Assembly (NCBI GenBank): GCA_963828735.1 | Contig: CAWHFW010000005.1 | Location: forward strand, 1,120,001-1,184,000 | Reading direction: 5' to 3' | Source: an uncultured Gemmatimonadales bacterium | GTDB lineage: Bacteria; Gemmatimonadota; Gemmatimonadetes; Gemmatimonadales; GWC2-71-9 | Length of the DNA stretch: 64,000 bases | Position numbers and translations under genes: made by a program | In this document: piece by piece, positions 1 to 9,800 of the stretch | Position numbering within the stretch: position 1 is the first letter of the stretch | Layout of the letters: every line of letters begins with the position of its first letter | Notes under the pieces: model-generated | What the model saw: only the letters and a program-made list of their open reading frames with translations | Databases searched by the model: none | Told to the model about the DNA's origin: nothing

Positions 1-583
1 TGGCGCTCCGCACGCCAGCCTGGTCATCGCCCTTGGTGCAGTTCGGGTCCGCGTTGCCCAGGCTGTCCTTGTCCCAGCCACTCGGCAGCGAGTCGTTCCC
101 GATCACGCTGAACGCGTTGCCGTTGAACTTGACCGGCTTGGTGACGGTGACCGCGGCCTTGGCGCTGGCCGAGACGAAGCTCAGGCGCGCCAGCGTGGCC
201 ACGCTGCTCCGGGCGAGCTCGGCCCCCGTCGGATCGACGCGGGTGCCGAGGCTCGTGAGCAGGTACAGCTGATCGTTGAGCCGGGTGGCGCTCAGCGTGT
301 ACTTCAAGTCGGTGCGCCCGGTCATGTACGTGGTGCCGAGCGAGGTGGTCGAGCCGTTGCCCATGTTGTTGAGGGCGTACTGGTCCCAATTGGCCATGAC
401 GGCCATGGGGCCGGTTTCCGCCGCCTGCGCCGCCTCGGCCGCGTACATCGAGTTCCGGCCGGTGCGCTGCTCCATCGTGCTGGCGTAGAAGGCGCCCGCC
501 ACCAGCGCGCCGATGACCACGAGCGCGAAGATGGCCGCGGCCAGCGCCATGCCTCGCTCGTTGGTGAGTCTCGGGTTCCGCAT
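1..583 (-). CDS. PilX-like minor pilin / pilus assembly protein (3' end runs off the window)
   Basis: Not in the ORF track; translated by hand from ATG 583 (SD GAGGAG upstream): MRNPRLTNERG|MALAAAIFALVVIGALVAGAF. Prepilin-like leader lacking E5, as is typical of PilX. Open to position 1; follows pilW-like gene. Confidence 0.75.
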   Translation of the reverse strand, partial: MRNPRLTNERGMALAAAIFALVVIGALVAGAFYASTMEQRTGRNSMYAAEAAQAAETGPMAVMANWDQYALNNMGNGSTTSLGTTYMTGRTDLKYTLSATRLNDQLYLLTSLGTRVDPTGAELARSSVATLARLSFVSASAKAAVTVTKPVKFNGNAFSVIGNDSLPSGWDKDSLGNADPNCTKGDDQAGVRSA

Positions 584-607
584 GGGTCTCTCCTCGGTGA
601 CGGTCAT

Positions 608-1558
608 CTATGGACGGAGCGCGTTGCGCAGGGCGACGCGGGTCGTCATCGTGAGGCTGTCCAGCTTGGCGTACTGCCCGGTGGTGCGCACCATCTCGTC
701 GCTCGCGGACTGCAGGCTCACCTGAATGCTCCGGACGTTGTCCGCCACCGTGGTGGCGTTGTTGCTGGCGTCGCGGAAGGTGAACTGGAGGCCGGTGGCC
801 GTTCCGCTCAACGGGCCCAGCACCGGCTCGAGCGGCGTCCCGACCGTGAGCGGCCGCGAGCGCATGCCGAGCCACGTCTTCCCGCCCGACGTGTAGGACC
901 GAATCTGCATCAGCTCGAAGGCGCGCACGGGGCCGCCGACGAACATGTTCCCGAATGCGGTCGCGGACGTGATGAGCAGGCCGGCCGGCATCCCGATGCG
1001 GAACCGGATCCCGGCGGTCCCGTCGGGGCAGGCCTGCGCCACGGGAGCGGTCGTGAGCCCCACCGTGAGCCACAGGTCGTCGCCCGACGTGGTCTTGTCG
1101 TTCTCGATGTACAGCATCAGGCTGTCCGTGGTGGTGAGCGTGCGCAGCGCCTGCCACTGGCGCACATCGTTCGGATTGTTGATGACAACGACGTCATTCG
1201 TGCCCGCGGAGAGCTGGCAGGTATAGCCCAGCCCGCGCATCGCCCGGTAGATGACCGAGTCCGGGCCGACCGCACGCAGGTCGGAGTTGGTGCCCGCCGC
1301 CAGCGCTGATCCCGGGAACTTGACCTGGAGCAGCGGCAGGGCCCCCGCGGTGATCTGGTCGTAGCCCACCTCGCGCAGCTCGTTCCCCACGATGAGCGCG
1401 CCCGAGCGGACGTTGTCCTGCATGCCGATGTGCTGGTTCTGCGACCGGCTGACCCGCTGCGTGTTCACCAGCAGCTGGTAGGTGACGGCCGCGACGGCCA
1501 GCATCAGAATCAGGCCGATCATGAGCTCGATGAGCGTGAATCCGCGCCGTGTGGTCAT
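608..1558 (-). CDS. PilW-like minor pilin
   Basis: MTTRRG|FTLIELMIGLILML class III signal peptide; C-terminal ...MTTRVALRN; third position in a fimT-pilV-pilW-pilX order. Alternative GTG start at 1564 overlaps the upstream stop. Confidence 0.8.
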   Translation of the reverse strand: MTTRRGFTLIELMIGLILMLAVAAVTYQLLVNTQRVSRSQNQHIGMQDNVRSGALIVGNELREVGYDQITAGALPLLQVKFPGSALAAGTNSDLRAVGPDSVIYRAMRGLGYTCQLSAGTNDVVVINNPNDVRQWQALRTLTTTDSLMLYIENDKTTSGDDLWLTVGLTTAPVAQACPDGTAGIRFRIGMPAGLLITSATAFGNMFVGGPVRAFELMQIRSYTSGGKTWLGMRSRPLTVGTPLEPVLGPLSGTATGLQFTFRDASNNATTVADNVRSIQVSLQSASDEMVRTTGQYAKLDSLTMTTRVALRNALRP

Positions 1559-1560
1559 GG

Positions 1561-1944
1561 TCACTTGCAGTAGAGGGTGATCATCATGGTGTCGGCCCTG
1601 GTGCCGCCGGCCACGCGGTAGCTGAACGTCATCTGCACGTCCCGGGTGAAGTCGCCGGCGGCGCCGAGGAGCACCCACTTTTCCCCGATGCCGGTGGCCG
1701 TGGTGCTGCTGTCCGACTTGACGGCCGGGTTGGTGCAGCCCGGCGATGTCTGGGCCGCATACGCTCGCAGCAGGTCCGCCCGGGCAAGCGCCACCTGGGC
1801 CACCTCGGACGATTTGTTGCCGCGTCCGATCATACGGGTGGCGAGCGCCGAGCTGCCGACCAGCGCCATGACGCCGACGGAGAGCACGACCACCGCCAGC
1901 AGGATCTCGATGATGGTGAAGCCCTGCTCGGATCGCTGGCTCAT
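1561..1944 (-). CDS. PilV-like minor pilin
   Basis: MSQRSEQG|FTIIEILLAVVVLSVGVMAL; ATGA overlap with upstream gene; C-terminal part of ORF 1561..2445. Confidence 0.8.
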   Translation of the reverse strand: MSQRSEQGFTIIEILLAVVVLSVGVMALVGSSALATRMIGRGNKSSEVAQVALARADLLRAYAAQTSPGCTNPAVKSDSSTTATGIGEKWVLLGAAGDFTRDVQMTFSYRVAGGTRADTMMITLYCK

Positions 1945-2390
1945 TTGATCACCCGCCCGTACCGGCTGATGAAGATCGTGTCGATGAATGTGGACTTGGT
2001 CAGGATGACGTTCGCCGAGTCGAGCCCGAGGCCGGTGGAGGCGATCCGGACCGAGTCGGCGCCGCCGGCCACGGTGACGCCGTACACGTTGTAGAGGTCG
2101 ATGGGGCGGACGATGGTATCCACGCTGTTGCCGGCCGTCGGCGCCTTCCGGCGCGGCCTGGCGTACACGTAGACCTCGTTGCCGTTGACGCGCAGGATGC
2201 CAGTCTGGTTGGAGCTGATCGCGATCGAGCGCGCGGTGGAGTACAGCGCCGTGATCCGGGCCTTGGCGTTGAGCACGCCGGTGCGATCGAACGCCGAGTT
2301 GAGCTTCGGGATGGCCATGAGCGTGACCAGCCCCATGATCACCACGACGAGCAGCGTCTCGACGAGCGTGAACCCATGGCGGTGCTTCAC
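1941..2390 (-). CDS. FimT/FimU (GspH-like) minor pilin
   Basis: MKHRHG|FTLVETLLVVVIMG...AIP; ARSIAI helix; C-terminal ISRYGRV; SD AGGAG before the GTG start. Confidence 0.8.
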   Translation of the reverse strand: MKHRHGFTLVETLLVVVIMGLVTLMAIPKLNSAFDRTGVLNAKARITALYSTARSIAISSNQTGILRVNGNEVYVYARPRRKAPTAGNSVDTIVRPIDLYNVYGVTVAGGADSVRIASTGLGLDSANVILTKSTFIDTIFISRYGRVIK

Positions 2391-2448
2391 GAACGATTCT
2401 CCTGGGCATGGGAAGCCGGGGAACGGCCGATTTCGGACTCTTCAATTG

Positions 2449-2463
2449 GCAGGAGGCGTACCA
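2449..2463 (-). promoter_or_regulatory. sigma-54 (-24/-12) promoter of the minor pilin operon
   Basis: Minus strand TGGTACGCCTCCTGC: GG-N10-GC spacing matching TGGCACG-N4-TTGC, about 60 nt upstream of fimT. Confidence 0.6.
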
Positions 2464-2561
2464 CGTGGCGGCGGACGGCAGGACAACGACTTAACGGATC
2501 GCACCCTGCCGGAATCGCGCAAGCCGTTGCAGCCGGCGCGACTCCTTGCGCGATGCCTTCC

Positions 2562-3947
2562 TCAGGCGACCGGCAGCCGCCGCATCTTGTAGAACAGGGT
2601 CCGCAGGCTGATACCCAGCAGGCTCGCCGCCTGGCGGCGGTTGCCGCCCGAGGCCTCGAGCGCGCGCTGGATGGCGCGGCGCTCCACGGCCTCGACCTGG
2701 GTCTTGAGCTCGAGCGAGCCATTCGTCCCGTTCGTGCCGTTGGCCCCGTGGGTGCCGTTGACGTAGGTCCCCTCGACGCCGTTGCGGACGCCGTTGCCGA
2801 TCGCGAAGCTCTTGGGGTCGAGCGGGCCCTCGCCGCCCAGCACAGCCGCGCGCTCGACCGCGTTCCGGAGCTCGCGGACGTTGCCCGGCCAGCTGTGGCT
2901 GGCGAGCGCCGCCAGCGCCGCCGGGGTGACGCTCACCGGGTGCCCGAGCCGCTGCGCGGCCAGCCGCGCGAAGTGGGTGAGCAGCGCCGGCACGTCTTCC
3001 GGCCGTTCGCGGAGCGGCGGCAGGTGGAGGTGCACCACGTTGAGCCGGTAGAAGAGATCCGAGCGGAACTCGCCGCGCTCCGCCGCCTGCTCGAGCGGCT
3101 TGGCTGTGGCCGCGATGACGCGCACGTCCACCCGCTTGGGCTCGCGCCCGCCGACCCGGCGGATCTCGCCCTCCTCGAGCACGCGCAGGAGCTTGGCCTG
3201 CAGGTCGAGCGGCAAGTCGCCGATCTCGTCGAGCAGCAGCGTGCCCTCATGGGCCAGCTCGAACAGGCCCGGACGGTCGGCCGTGGCCCCGGTGAACGCG
3301 CCGCGCATGTGGCCGAACAGCTCGGACTCGAGCAGCTGCTCCGGGATCGCCGCGCAGTTGATCGCGGTGAAGCTCCGCTCGCTCCGCGGACTCATCCGGT
3401 GGATGGCGCGGGCCAGGACTTCCTTGCCCGTGCCGCTCTCGCCGGTGATCAGCACGGTCGTGCTGTGGCGTGCGACCCGGCTCGCGACCTCGAGCAGGTC
3501 CCGCATGGCCTTGCTCTCGGAGACCACGAGGTCCTGGACGGCGCCGGCGCCGAGGCTCGAGCGCAGCGATTCCACCTCGCGGCGAAGCCGCTCCCGCTCC
3601 TCCGCCTTCCGGATGGTCATCGTCACTTCGTCGGGACGGAACGGCTTGTGGAGGTAGTCGTACGCGCCCTCGCGCATGGCGGCGAGCGCGGTGTCCTCGG
3701 AGCCGTAGGCGCTCATCATGATCAGGAGCGCCGAGCCGCCCTCGGCGCGATAGCGCCGCAGGAACGTGAGTCCGTCCATCTTGGGCATCCGCACGTCGCA
3801 CAGGATCGCCTCGAACGGCTCCGCGGTGGCGCGGCGCAGGGCCTGTTCGGGGTCGCCTTCGGCGACCACCTCGTCCCCCGCCTCCTGCAGCAGCAGCGCG
3901 AGCGATTGCCTGAGCCCGGCATCGTCGTCAACGATCAGCAGACGCAT
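2562..3947 (-). CDS. sigma-54-dependent response regulator (NtrC/PilR family, PilR2-like)
   Basis: REC domain (LIVDDD, CDVRMP), AAA+ GESGTGKE and GAFTGA, WPGNVREL, Fis-type HTH. Confidence 0.93.
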   Translation of the reverse strand: MRLLIVDDDAGLRQSLALLLQEAGDEVVAEGDPEQALRRATAEPFEAILCDVRMPKMDGLTFLRRYRAEGGSALLIMMSAYGSEDTALAAMREGAYDYLHKPFRPDEVTMTIRKAEERERLRREVESLRSSLGAGAVQDLVVSESKAMRDLLEVASRVARHSTTVLITGESGTGKEVLARAIHRMSPRSERSFTAINCAAIPEQLLESELFGHMRGAFTGATADRPGLFELAHEGTLLLDEIGDLPLDLQAKLLRVLEEGEIRRVGGREPKRVDVRVIAATAKPLEQAAERGEFRSDLFYRLNVVHLHLPPLRERPEDVPALLTHFARLAAQRLGHPVSVTPAALAALASHSWPGNVRELRNAVERAAVLGGEGPLDPKSFAIGNGVRNGVEGTYVNGTHGANGTNGTNGSLELKTQVEAVERRAIQRALEASGGNRRQAASLLGISLRTLFYKMRRLPVA

Positions 3948-5127
3948 CGGAATCACCCGCTAGTGGTAAGAAGACCTTGAACACCGCCCCACCCTCCCGC
4001 GCCCGATCCACCCAGACGACCCCACCGCTCTCGTGTACGGTGCGGGCGACGATGGCGAGTCCGAGCCCCGTGCCCTGCCCCGGCTCCTTCGTGGTGTAGA
4101 ACGGATCGAAGATCCGCTCCCGATCCGCTTCGGCGACGCCCGGGCCATCGTCGGCGACGAACAGCATCACGCCCGGTGTTGCCGGCGGGAGGTCGAGCCG
4201 CCTTGGCCGACGCGACCAGCGCCTGGAGTAGCGGGACGCGGTGTCGGGCTCGTCGGCGGCGCGGTATTGATTGTCACTCGGCTCGAGCACCGTCTGGTGC
4301 GTGCCGATCGTCACCCGGGTCTCAGGCGCGGCCTGGCAGGCATTGGCCACGAGGTTCACCACCACCTGCTCGAGCGCGTGGCGGTTGCCGCGCACCGCGG
4401 GTGCCCCCGGATCGAACCGCACGGCCACATCGTGCCCGCGGAACATGCCCTGCGCCTCGAGGAACTCGGCCACCGTCGCGACCGCGGCGTTGAGATCGGT
4501 GGCGCCCGGCACCATGGACACCGCGGTCGGCGGCCGACCATAGTCCACCAGGCCCTGCACGATGCGCTCGATGCGGTCGATCGCCCCGCGGATCTCACCG
4601 GTCACCGCAGGATCGGCGCCACGCCGCTGCAGCACCTCGAGGTAGGTGGCGATGGCGCCGAGGGGATTCCGCACCTCGTGGGCCACGCCGGCCGCGAGCT
4701 GGCCGATCCCGGCGAGCTTCTCGACCCGCACGATGTGGCTCTGCGCATCCAGCAGGTCTTCGGCCATCGCGCGGTACCGCGCGCTCAACCGGTCCAGCTC
4801 GGCGGTCTCGTAGACCGGCGCCGGGCTTGGCAGGGCGCCGACGGAGAGGCCATCCGCCTCCGCCGCCAGCACCCCCAGTGGCCGCACCACCGACCGGTGC
4901 ACCAGATACGAGCCGAACAGGACGAACACGGCCGTGCTGCCGATCCAGAGCGAGACCAGCGGCCAGAGCGTGTGCCTCAGGTCGCCGCCGTTCAGGAGCA
5001 CCGTCGTGAGCCCGACCAGCATCACGGCGGCGGATGTGACAAAACCGAGGCTGACGAGCAGCTCGGTGCGCAGCGACCGCCGTTGCACGACTCGGGCCTT
5101 ACCCCGCGCGGGGCGGAAGCGGCTCAT
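3928..5127 (-). CDS. membrane sensor histidine kinase (PilS2-like)
   Basis: Two TM helices and a HAMP-like segment; H-box AHEVRNPL, N-box NLVANA, DDGPG, FDPFYTTK, GTGLGL; ATG 5127 overlaps the pilin stop. Confidence 0.9.
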   Translation of the reverse strand: MSRFRPARGKARVVQRRSLRTELLVSLGFVTSAAVMLVGLTTVLLNGGDLRHTLWPLVSLWIGSTAVFVLFGSYLVHRSVVRPLGVLAAEADGLSVGALPSPAPVYETAELDRLSARYRAMAEDLLDAQSHIVRVEKLAGIGQLAAGVAHEVRNPLGAIATYLEVLQRRGADPAVTGEIRGAIDRIERIVQGLVDYGRPPTAVSMVPGATDLNAAVATVAEFLEAQGMFRGHDVAVRFDPGAPAVRGNRHALEQVVVNLVANACQAAPETRVTIGTHQTVLEPSDNQYRAADEPDTASRYSRRWSRRPRRLDLPPATPGVMLFVADDGPGVAEADRERIFDPFYTTKEPGQGTGLGLAIVARTVHESGGVVWVDRAREGGAVFKVFLPLAGDSDASADR

Positions 5128-5516
5128 GGCGTACACGTCGGGGTACCATCGGCCGTGGCCGGCGCGACCGGACCGCCGGTGCCCACATACACCGCGCACA
5201 TGCGGCTGGAGCCCGCGTGCGTGGCCGTGGCTCCCCAGCCCGACTGCGAGACGTTCACCAGCGTGATGGTCACGTTCTCCGAGACATTGTACGGAAACGA
5301 CGGGTCGGGGAGCGGACCATTGTAGTACGTCATGCCGTTCGTGTAGAACGCCTCTTCCGCCGTCACCAGGTTGTGCAGGTCGGAGCGCATGGCCGAGACC
5401 ATCGCGCGCTCCTTCCCGTTGGCGAACTTCGGGACCACGATGGCCACGAGGATGCCGATGACCACGATCACGATCAGGAGCTCGATCAGGGTGAAGCCTC
5501 GATTGTCTGTTCTCAT
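5124..5516 (-). CDS. type IV pilin (third, divergent paralogue)
   Basis: MRTDNRG|FTLIELLIVIVVIGILVAIVVPKF; MRSDLHNLVTAEEAF; C-terminal Cys pair. Confidence 0.9.
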   Translation of the reverse strand: MRTDNRGFTLIELLIVIVVIGILVAIVVPKFANGKERAMVSAMRSDLHNLVTAEEAFYTNGMTYYNGPLPDPSFPYNVSENVTITLVNVSQSGWGATATHAGSSRMCAVYVGTGGPVAPATADGTPTCTP

Positions 5517-5596
5517 GGTGCGTTCTCCCGAATATTCGGGAGCCAATAGAGGTTGACCCAGGACGACGCGAGCTCACGGTCCGACAGGTGATCAGG

Positions 5597-5630
5597 AAAA
5601 GGGGCGGCGACCGCTAGGACCACCGCCCCC
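5597..5630 (-). terminator. intrinsic terminator after the tandem pilins
   Basis: Minus-strand stem GGGGCGGTGGTC / GGTCGCCGCCCC followed by TTTT. Confidence 0.7.
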
Positions 5631-5653
5631 TGTTCCCCAGGATCAGCTCCGGC

Positions 5654-6076
5654 TTAGTAGCAGGCCGGCGCACCCTCGGCGGTCACGGCGCCGTTCGGCG
5701 CAACGCCCGAGCCGACATAGATGCCGCAGGTCTGAATCGCGCCCTTGAGGGTCGCGTTGGTCACCACCGCCGACCACCCACCCGCGCTCTGCCGGGTCAC
5801 GGTGATCACGTTGTTGGCCGAAGGCACGAAGGCCACCGTGCCCGCGCCGGCAGTGCCGTTGACCTGCGCCGGGCCCAGCGTGCCCGAGTAGTCCTGGTTA
5901 TCCGAGAAGAAACCCTCTTCCGCCGTCACCAGGTTGCGCAGGTCCGACTTCATGCTGGCCAGCACCGCCTTCTCCTTCGTGTTCGCGAACTTCGGGATCG
6001 CGATAGCCGCCAGAATGCCGATGATGACGACCACGATCAGAAGCTCGATCAGGGTAAAGCCCTTGCGGTTCGACAT
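5654..6076 (-). CDS. pilA: type IV major pilin, copy 2
   Basis: MSNRKG|FTLIELLIVVVIIGILAAIAIPKF; 140 aa; C-terminal Cys pair; SD AGGAG. Confidence 0.9.
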   Translation of the reverse strand: MSNRKGFTLIELLIVVVIIGILAAIAIPKFANTKEKAVLASMKSDLRNLVTAEEGFFSDNQDYSGTLGPAQVNGTAGAGTVAFVPSANNVITVTRQSAGGWSAVVTNATLKGAIQTCGIYVGSGVAPNGAVTAEGAPACY

Positions 6077-6102
6077 TGTGCTGTCTCCTGGGGAGGTGGA
6101 GC

Positions 6103-6126
6103 GGGCGGTGTGACTTCACACCGCCC
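6103..6126. other. stem-loop between the two pilin copies
   Basis: GGGCGGTGTGA-ct-TCACACCGCCC inverted repeat with no U-tract on the minus strand. Confidence 0.55.
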
Positions 6127-6140
6127 TTGGTGAATTACGC

Positions 6141-6563
6141 TCAGTAGCAGGCCGGCGCGCCCTCGGCGGTCACGGCGCCGTTCGGCGCAACGCCCGAGCC
6201 GACGAAGATGCCGCAGGTCTTGATGGCGCCCTTGAGGGTCGCGTTGGTCGCAGTCGCCGACCACCCACCCGCGCTCTGCCGGGTCACGGTGAGCACGTTG
6301 TTGGCCGAAGGCACGAAGGCCACCGTGCCCGCGCCGGCAGTACCGTTGACCTGCGCCGGGCCCAGCGTGCCCGAGTAGTCCTGGTTATCCGAGAAGAAAC
6401 CCTCTTCCGCCGTCACCAGGTTGCGCAGGTCCGACTTCATGCTGGCCAGTACCGCCTTCTCCTTCGTGTTCGCGAACTTCGGGATCGCGATAGCCGCCAG
6501 AATGCCGATGATGACGACCACGATCAGAAGCTCGATCAGGGTAAAGCCCTTGCGGTTCGACAT
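6141..6563 (-). CDS. pilA: type IV major pilin, copy 1
   Basis: Same N-terminus as copy 2; differs at 5 residues; SD GGAGG; directly below a sigma-54 promoter. Confidence 0.9.
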   Translation of the reverse strand: MSNRKGFTLIELLIVVVIIGILAAIAIPKFANTKEKAVLASMKSDLRNLVTAEEGFFSDNQDYSGTLGPAQVNGTAGAGTVAFVPSANNVLTVTRQSAGGWSATATNATLKGAIKTCGIFVGSGVAPNGAVTAEGAPACY

Positions 6564-6636
6564 GCGTCCTCCGGTTGAGTTACCTGCTCAGGACAAGGAT
6601 TGATCGCGGTCATCGATCGTTCCGGCACGGGGTAAG

Positions 6637-6651
6637 GCAACACTGATGCCA
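6637..6651 (-). promoter_or_regulatory. sigma-54 (-24/-12) promoter of pilA
   Basis: Minus strand TGGCATCAGTGTTGC, a near-consensus TGGCA-N6-TTGC; pilA genes are classically PilR/sigma-54 driven. Confidence 0.8.
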
Positions 6652-6890
6652 CCCCCCCTCTTCACCGCCAAAACCCTCGACGGTGCAGCGACTTAACCAT
6701 CGCTTGCAGCCGATCTCCGGAGGCTTTTCCCGAGCCTCCCAGGCGGATTTTGCAAGAGTGGGATCGGCCGGCTGCCCACGCGAAGATGGGCCGCCTGCCG
6801 CGCGACGCCCGCATCAATTCCTTGCGACGCAGCATCCGGCTACCACGAACCGTGCCATGAATTGCATGGTTCTTGCCCCCGGGGCCGGGC

Positions 6891-9800
6891 ATGACCCCCA
6901 TCCTCTGCGTGATCTTCGTGCTGTCCGGCGCCGCCGGGCTGATCTACGAATCCATCTGGACGCGATACCTCGGCCTGTTCGTCGGGCACGACGCGTACGC
7001 CCAGATCCTCGTGCTGGTGATCTTCCTCGGTGGGATGTCACTGGGCGCGATCGCCGTGAGCCGGCGCTCCGAGCGGCTCCGCCACCCGCTCCATGGATAC
7101 GTGGCCGTGGAGTTCGCGGTCGGCTGCCTTGGCCTCGTGTTTCACGACCTCTATCAGGTGGCCACGGGTTGGGCCTATGCATCGGTCTTTCCCTCGCTCG
7201 CGGGGAGCTGGGGACTCACCGCCGCCAAGTGGACCATCGCCGGCGCGCTGATCCTGCCGCAGTCCGTGCTGCTCGGCATGACCTTCCCGCTCATGAGCGC
7301 CGGCGTCCTCCGGCTGGTGCCCGGCCGTCCCGGCCGGACGCTCGCGCTCCTCTACTTCGCCAACAGCCTTGGCGCGGCGGTGGGCGTGCTGGTCGCGGGG
7401 TTCTACCTGGTGGATGCCGCGGGGCTTTCCGGCACGCTGGCGGCCGCCGCGTCGCTCAACCTGATCGTCGCCGCCGGGACGATGGGTGCCATCGTGGCCC
7501 AGCGCTCCCGCGCCGCGGCCGATCCCGCGCCGTCCGAGCCGGTCGCCGAGCCCCCGGCGGACTCGGGCGATCTGCCTCGGCTGCTGCTGTTCGCAAGCTT
7601 CGCGACCGCGGTCGCGTCGTTCATCTATGAGATCGCCTGGAACCGGATGCTGGCCCTGGTGCTGGGCAGCGCGACCCACGCGTTCGAGCTGATGCTGTCC
7701 GCTTTCATCCTGGGTCTGGCCCTCGGCGCCTGGTGCATCCGATCCCGAGCCGACCGCCTGGCCGACCCCCTGCGGACCCTTGGCGCGGTGCAGTGGATCA
7801 TGGGCGGGCTCGCGCTCGCGACCCTCCCGCTGTACATCCGCTCGTTCGGGTGGACCGCGTCCCTGATCGCCACGTTCGCGCCGACCGACGCGGGCTACAC
7901 CGGCTACACGCTCGCCCGTTACGCGCTCTGCCTGGTCATCATGCTGCCGGCCACCTTCTGCGCCGGGATGACGCTGCCGCTCATCACCCGGATTCTCCTG
8001 GGTCTCCGGACCGGGGAGCGGGCTATCGGCGCGGTGTACGGCTGGAACACGCTCGGCTCCATCGCGGGCGTGATCCTCGCCGGCCTGCTCCTGCTGCCGG
8101 CGGTCGGACTTCACGCACTTCTCATCTTGGGCGCGCTGATCGACATGGGCGTGGGGATCCTGCTGCTGCGACGGGCCGGGCGAGGTTCGCGGGCCGACCG
8201 CCTGGTTCCGGCGGCGGTGTTCGCCAGCCTCGCCGCGGCGGTGCTGGCGTGGGGCGGGGTGCGCTTCGATCGAGTGCTGCTCTCGAGTGGCGTCTATCGG
8301 ACCGGCTCGCTGCTCACGCCCAAGGACCGCGAGGTGCGCTTCTACCGGGATGGTCGCACCGCATCGGTGACGGCCGCGAGGATCCGCGGCAACGACCAGC
8401 TCTACCTGGCCACGAATGGAAAGACCGACGCGTCGCTCTCGATGGAATGGTTCGCCGGCTGCGACTCGACCCGGGGACCGGTGCCGCTCGCGCAGGACGG
8501 GGCGACCCAGGCGCTGCTCCCGCTCATCACGATGGCGTACGCGCCTCACGCGCGCTCGGCGGCGGTGATCGGGCAGGGCTCCGGCATGTCGTCCCACCTC
8601 ATGCTCGGGAACCCGGAGCTCCGGGAGCTCGTCACCATCGAGATCGAGCCCCAGATGGTGGCCGGCTCGCGCATCTTCTACCCCGCCAATCGCCGCGCGT
8701 TCGACGACCCGCGCTCGCATCTCGTGATCGACGACGCCAAGTCCTACTTCGCGTCGGCCTCGCGCCGCTTCGACATGATCATGTCCGAGCCATCGAACCC
8801 GTGGGTGAGCGGGGTCTCGGGCCTCTTCACCACCGAGTTCTACGGCCGGGTCCGCACCTATTTGTCGGACGACGGCGTGTTCGGACAGTGGCTCCATGTC
8901 TACGAGCTGGATGACGAGCTGGTCCTGAGCGTGATCGCCGCGCTGCACCACAATTTCGCCTCGTACGAGATCTACCTGGTGCCGAGCGGGGATCTGCTCG
9001 TGGTCGCCAGCAACCGGTCGAAGCTGCCGGCACCAGACTGGTCGGTGCTCGGTCTCCCGGCGATCCGGACCGACCTCTGCGCCTTCCGTCCGCTCGAGCC
9101 GGCCACGGTCGAAGCGCTGCACCTCGTCGGCCGGCGCGAGCTGGCCCCGCTCCTCAACCAGGGAAGCGTGGTCGCCAACTCCGACTTCTTCCCGGTGCTG
9201 GATCTCGGCGCGGAGCGGCGGCGGTTCCGGCACGACTTCGCGGTCGGGTTCCCCGCCCTCTCGACCGACTGGTTCAACCTGCTGTCGTCCATGCGCCGGC
9301 GACCGGTGCCGCCCGCGAGTGACCCGGTCGCCTCGGTGCCGGAGAACCCCAGGGTCAGCGCTCGCGCGACGGGCGCCCTGCTGCGGACTTCGGCCGCCGA
9401 AGGGCGGACCGATACCATCGCCTCGCCGGCGGCGGCACAGGCGGTGTTTCTGTGGCAGCAGTGGCGGGCCGCGAGGGATCGGTCGCCGAGCGACTGGGAG
9501 ATGTGGACCGACCAGGTGAGACTGGTGGAGCAGTACCGGAACGGCGGCACGGCGGGGGTATCCGACGACGCGTTCTACTCCGACGTGGAGCGGACGATGG
9601 ACCGGTTCGGGGCGCCCGCCGCGGCCCGCGACGTCATTGCGTTCCGGAAGAATCTGGCGGCGTGGAAATTCGCGGAGGCGGCGTCGGCCGCGGACCGGCT
9701 GCTGCCGGTGGCCATGCGCGACCATCGCTGGATCACGGCCGACGAGCTCCGGGATGGGGCCGTGTTTGCCAAGCTCAACAGCGGGGATATCCGGGGCGCG

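Noticed and set aside
5654..6076. Silent pilS-type cassette as in Neisseria
   Set aside because: Copy 2 has a complete leader, SD and stop, and lies before the terminator, so it looks expressed.
5654..6563. Diversity-generating retroelement template/variable repeat pair
   Set aside because: Differences are not adenine-specific (G/C, T/C and multi-base changes), both copies are full genes, and there is no reverse transcriptase in the window.
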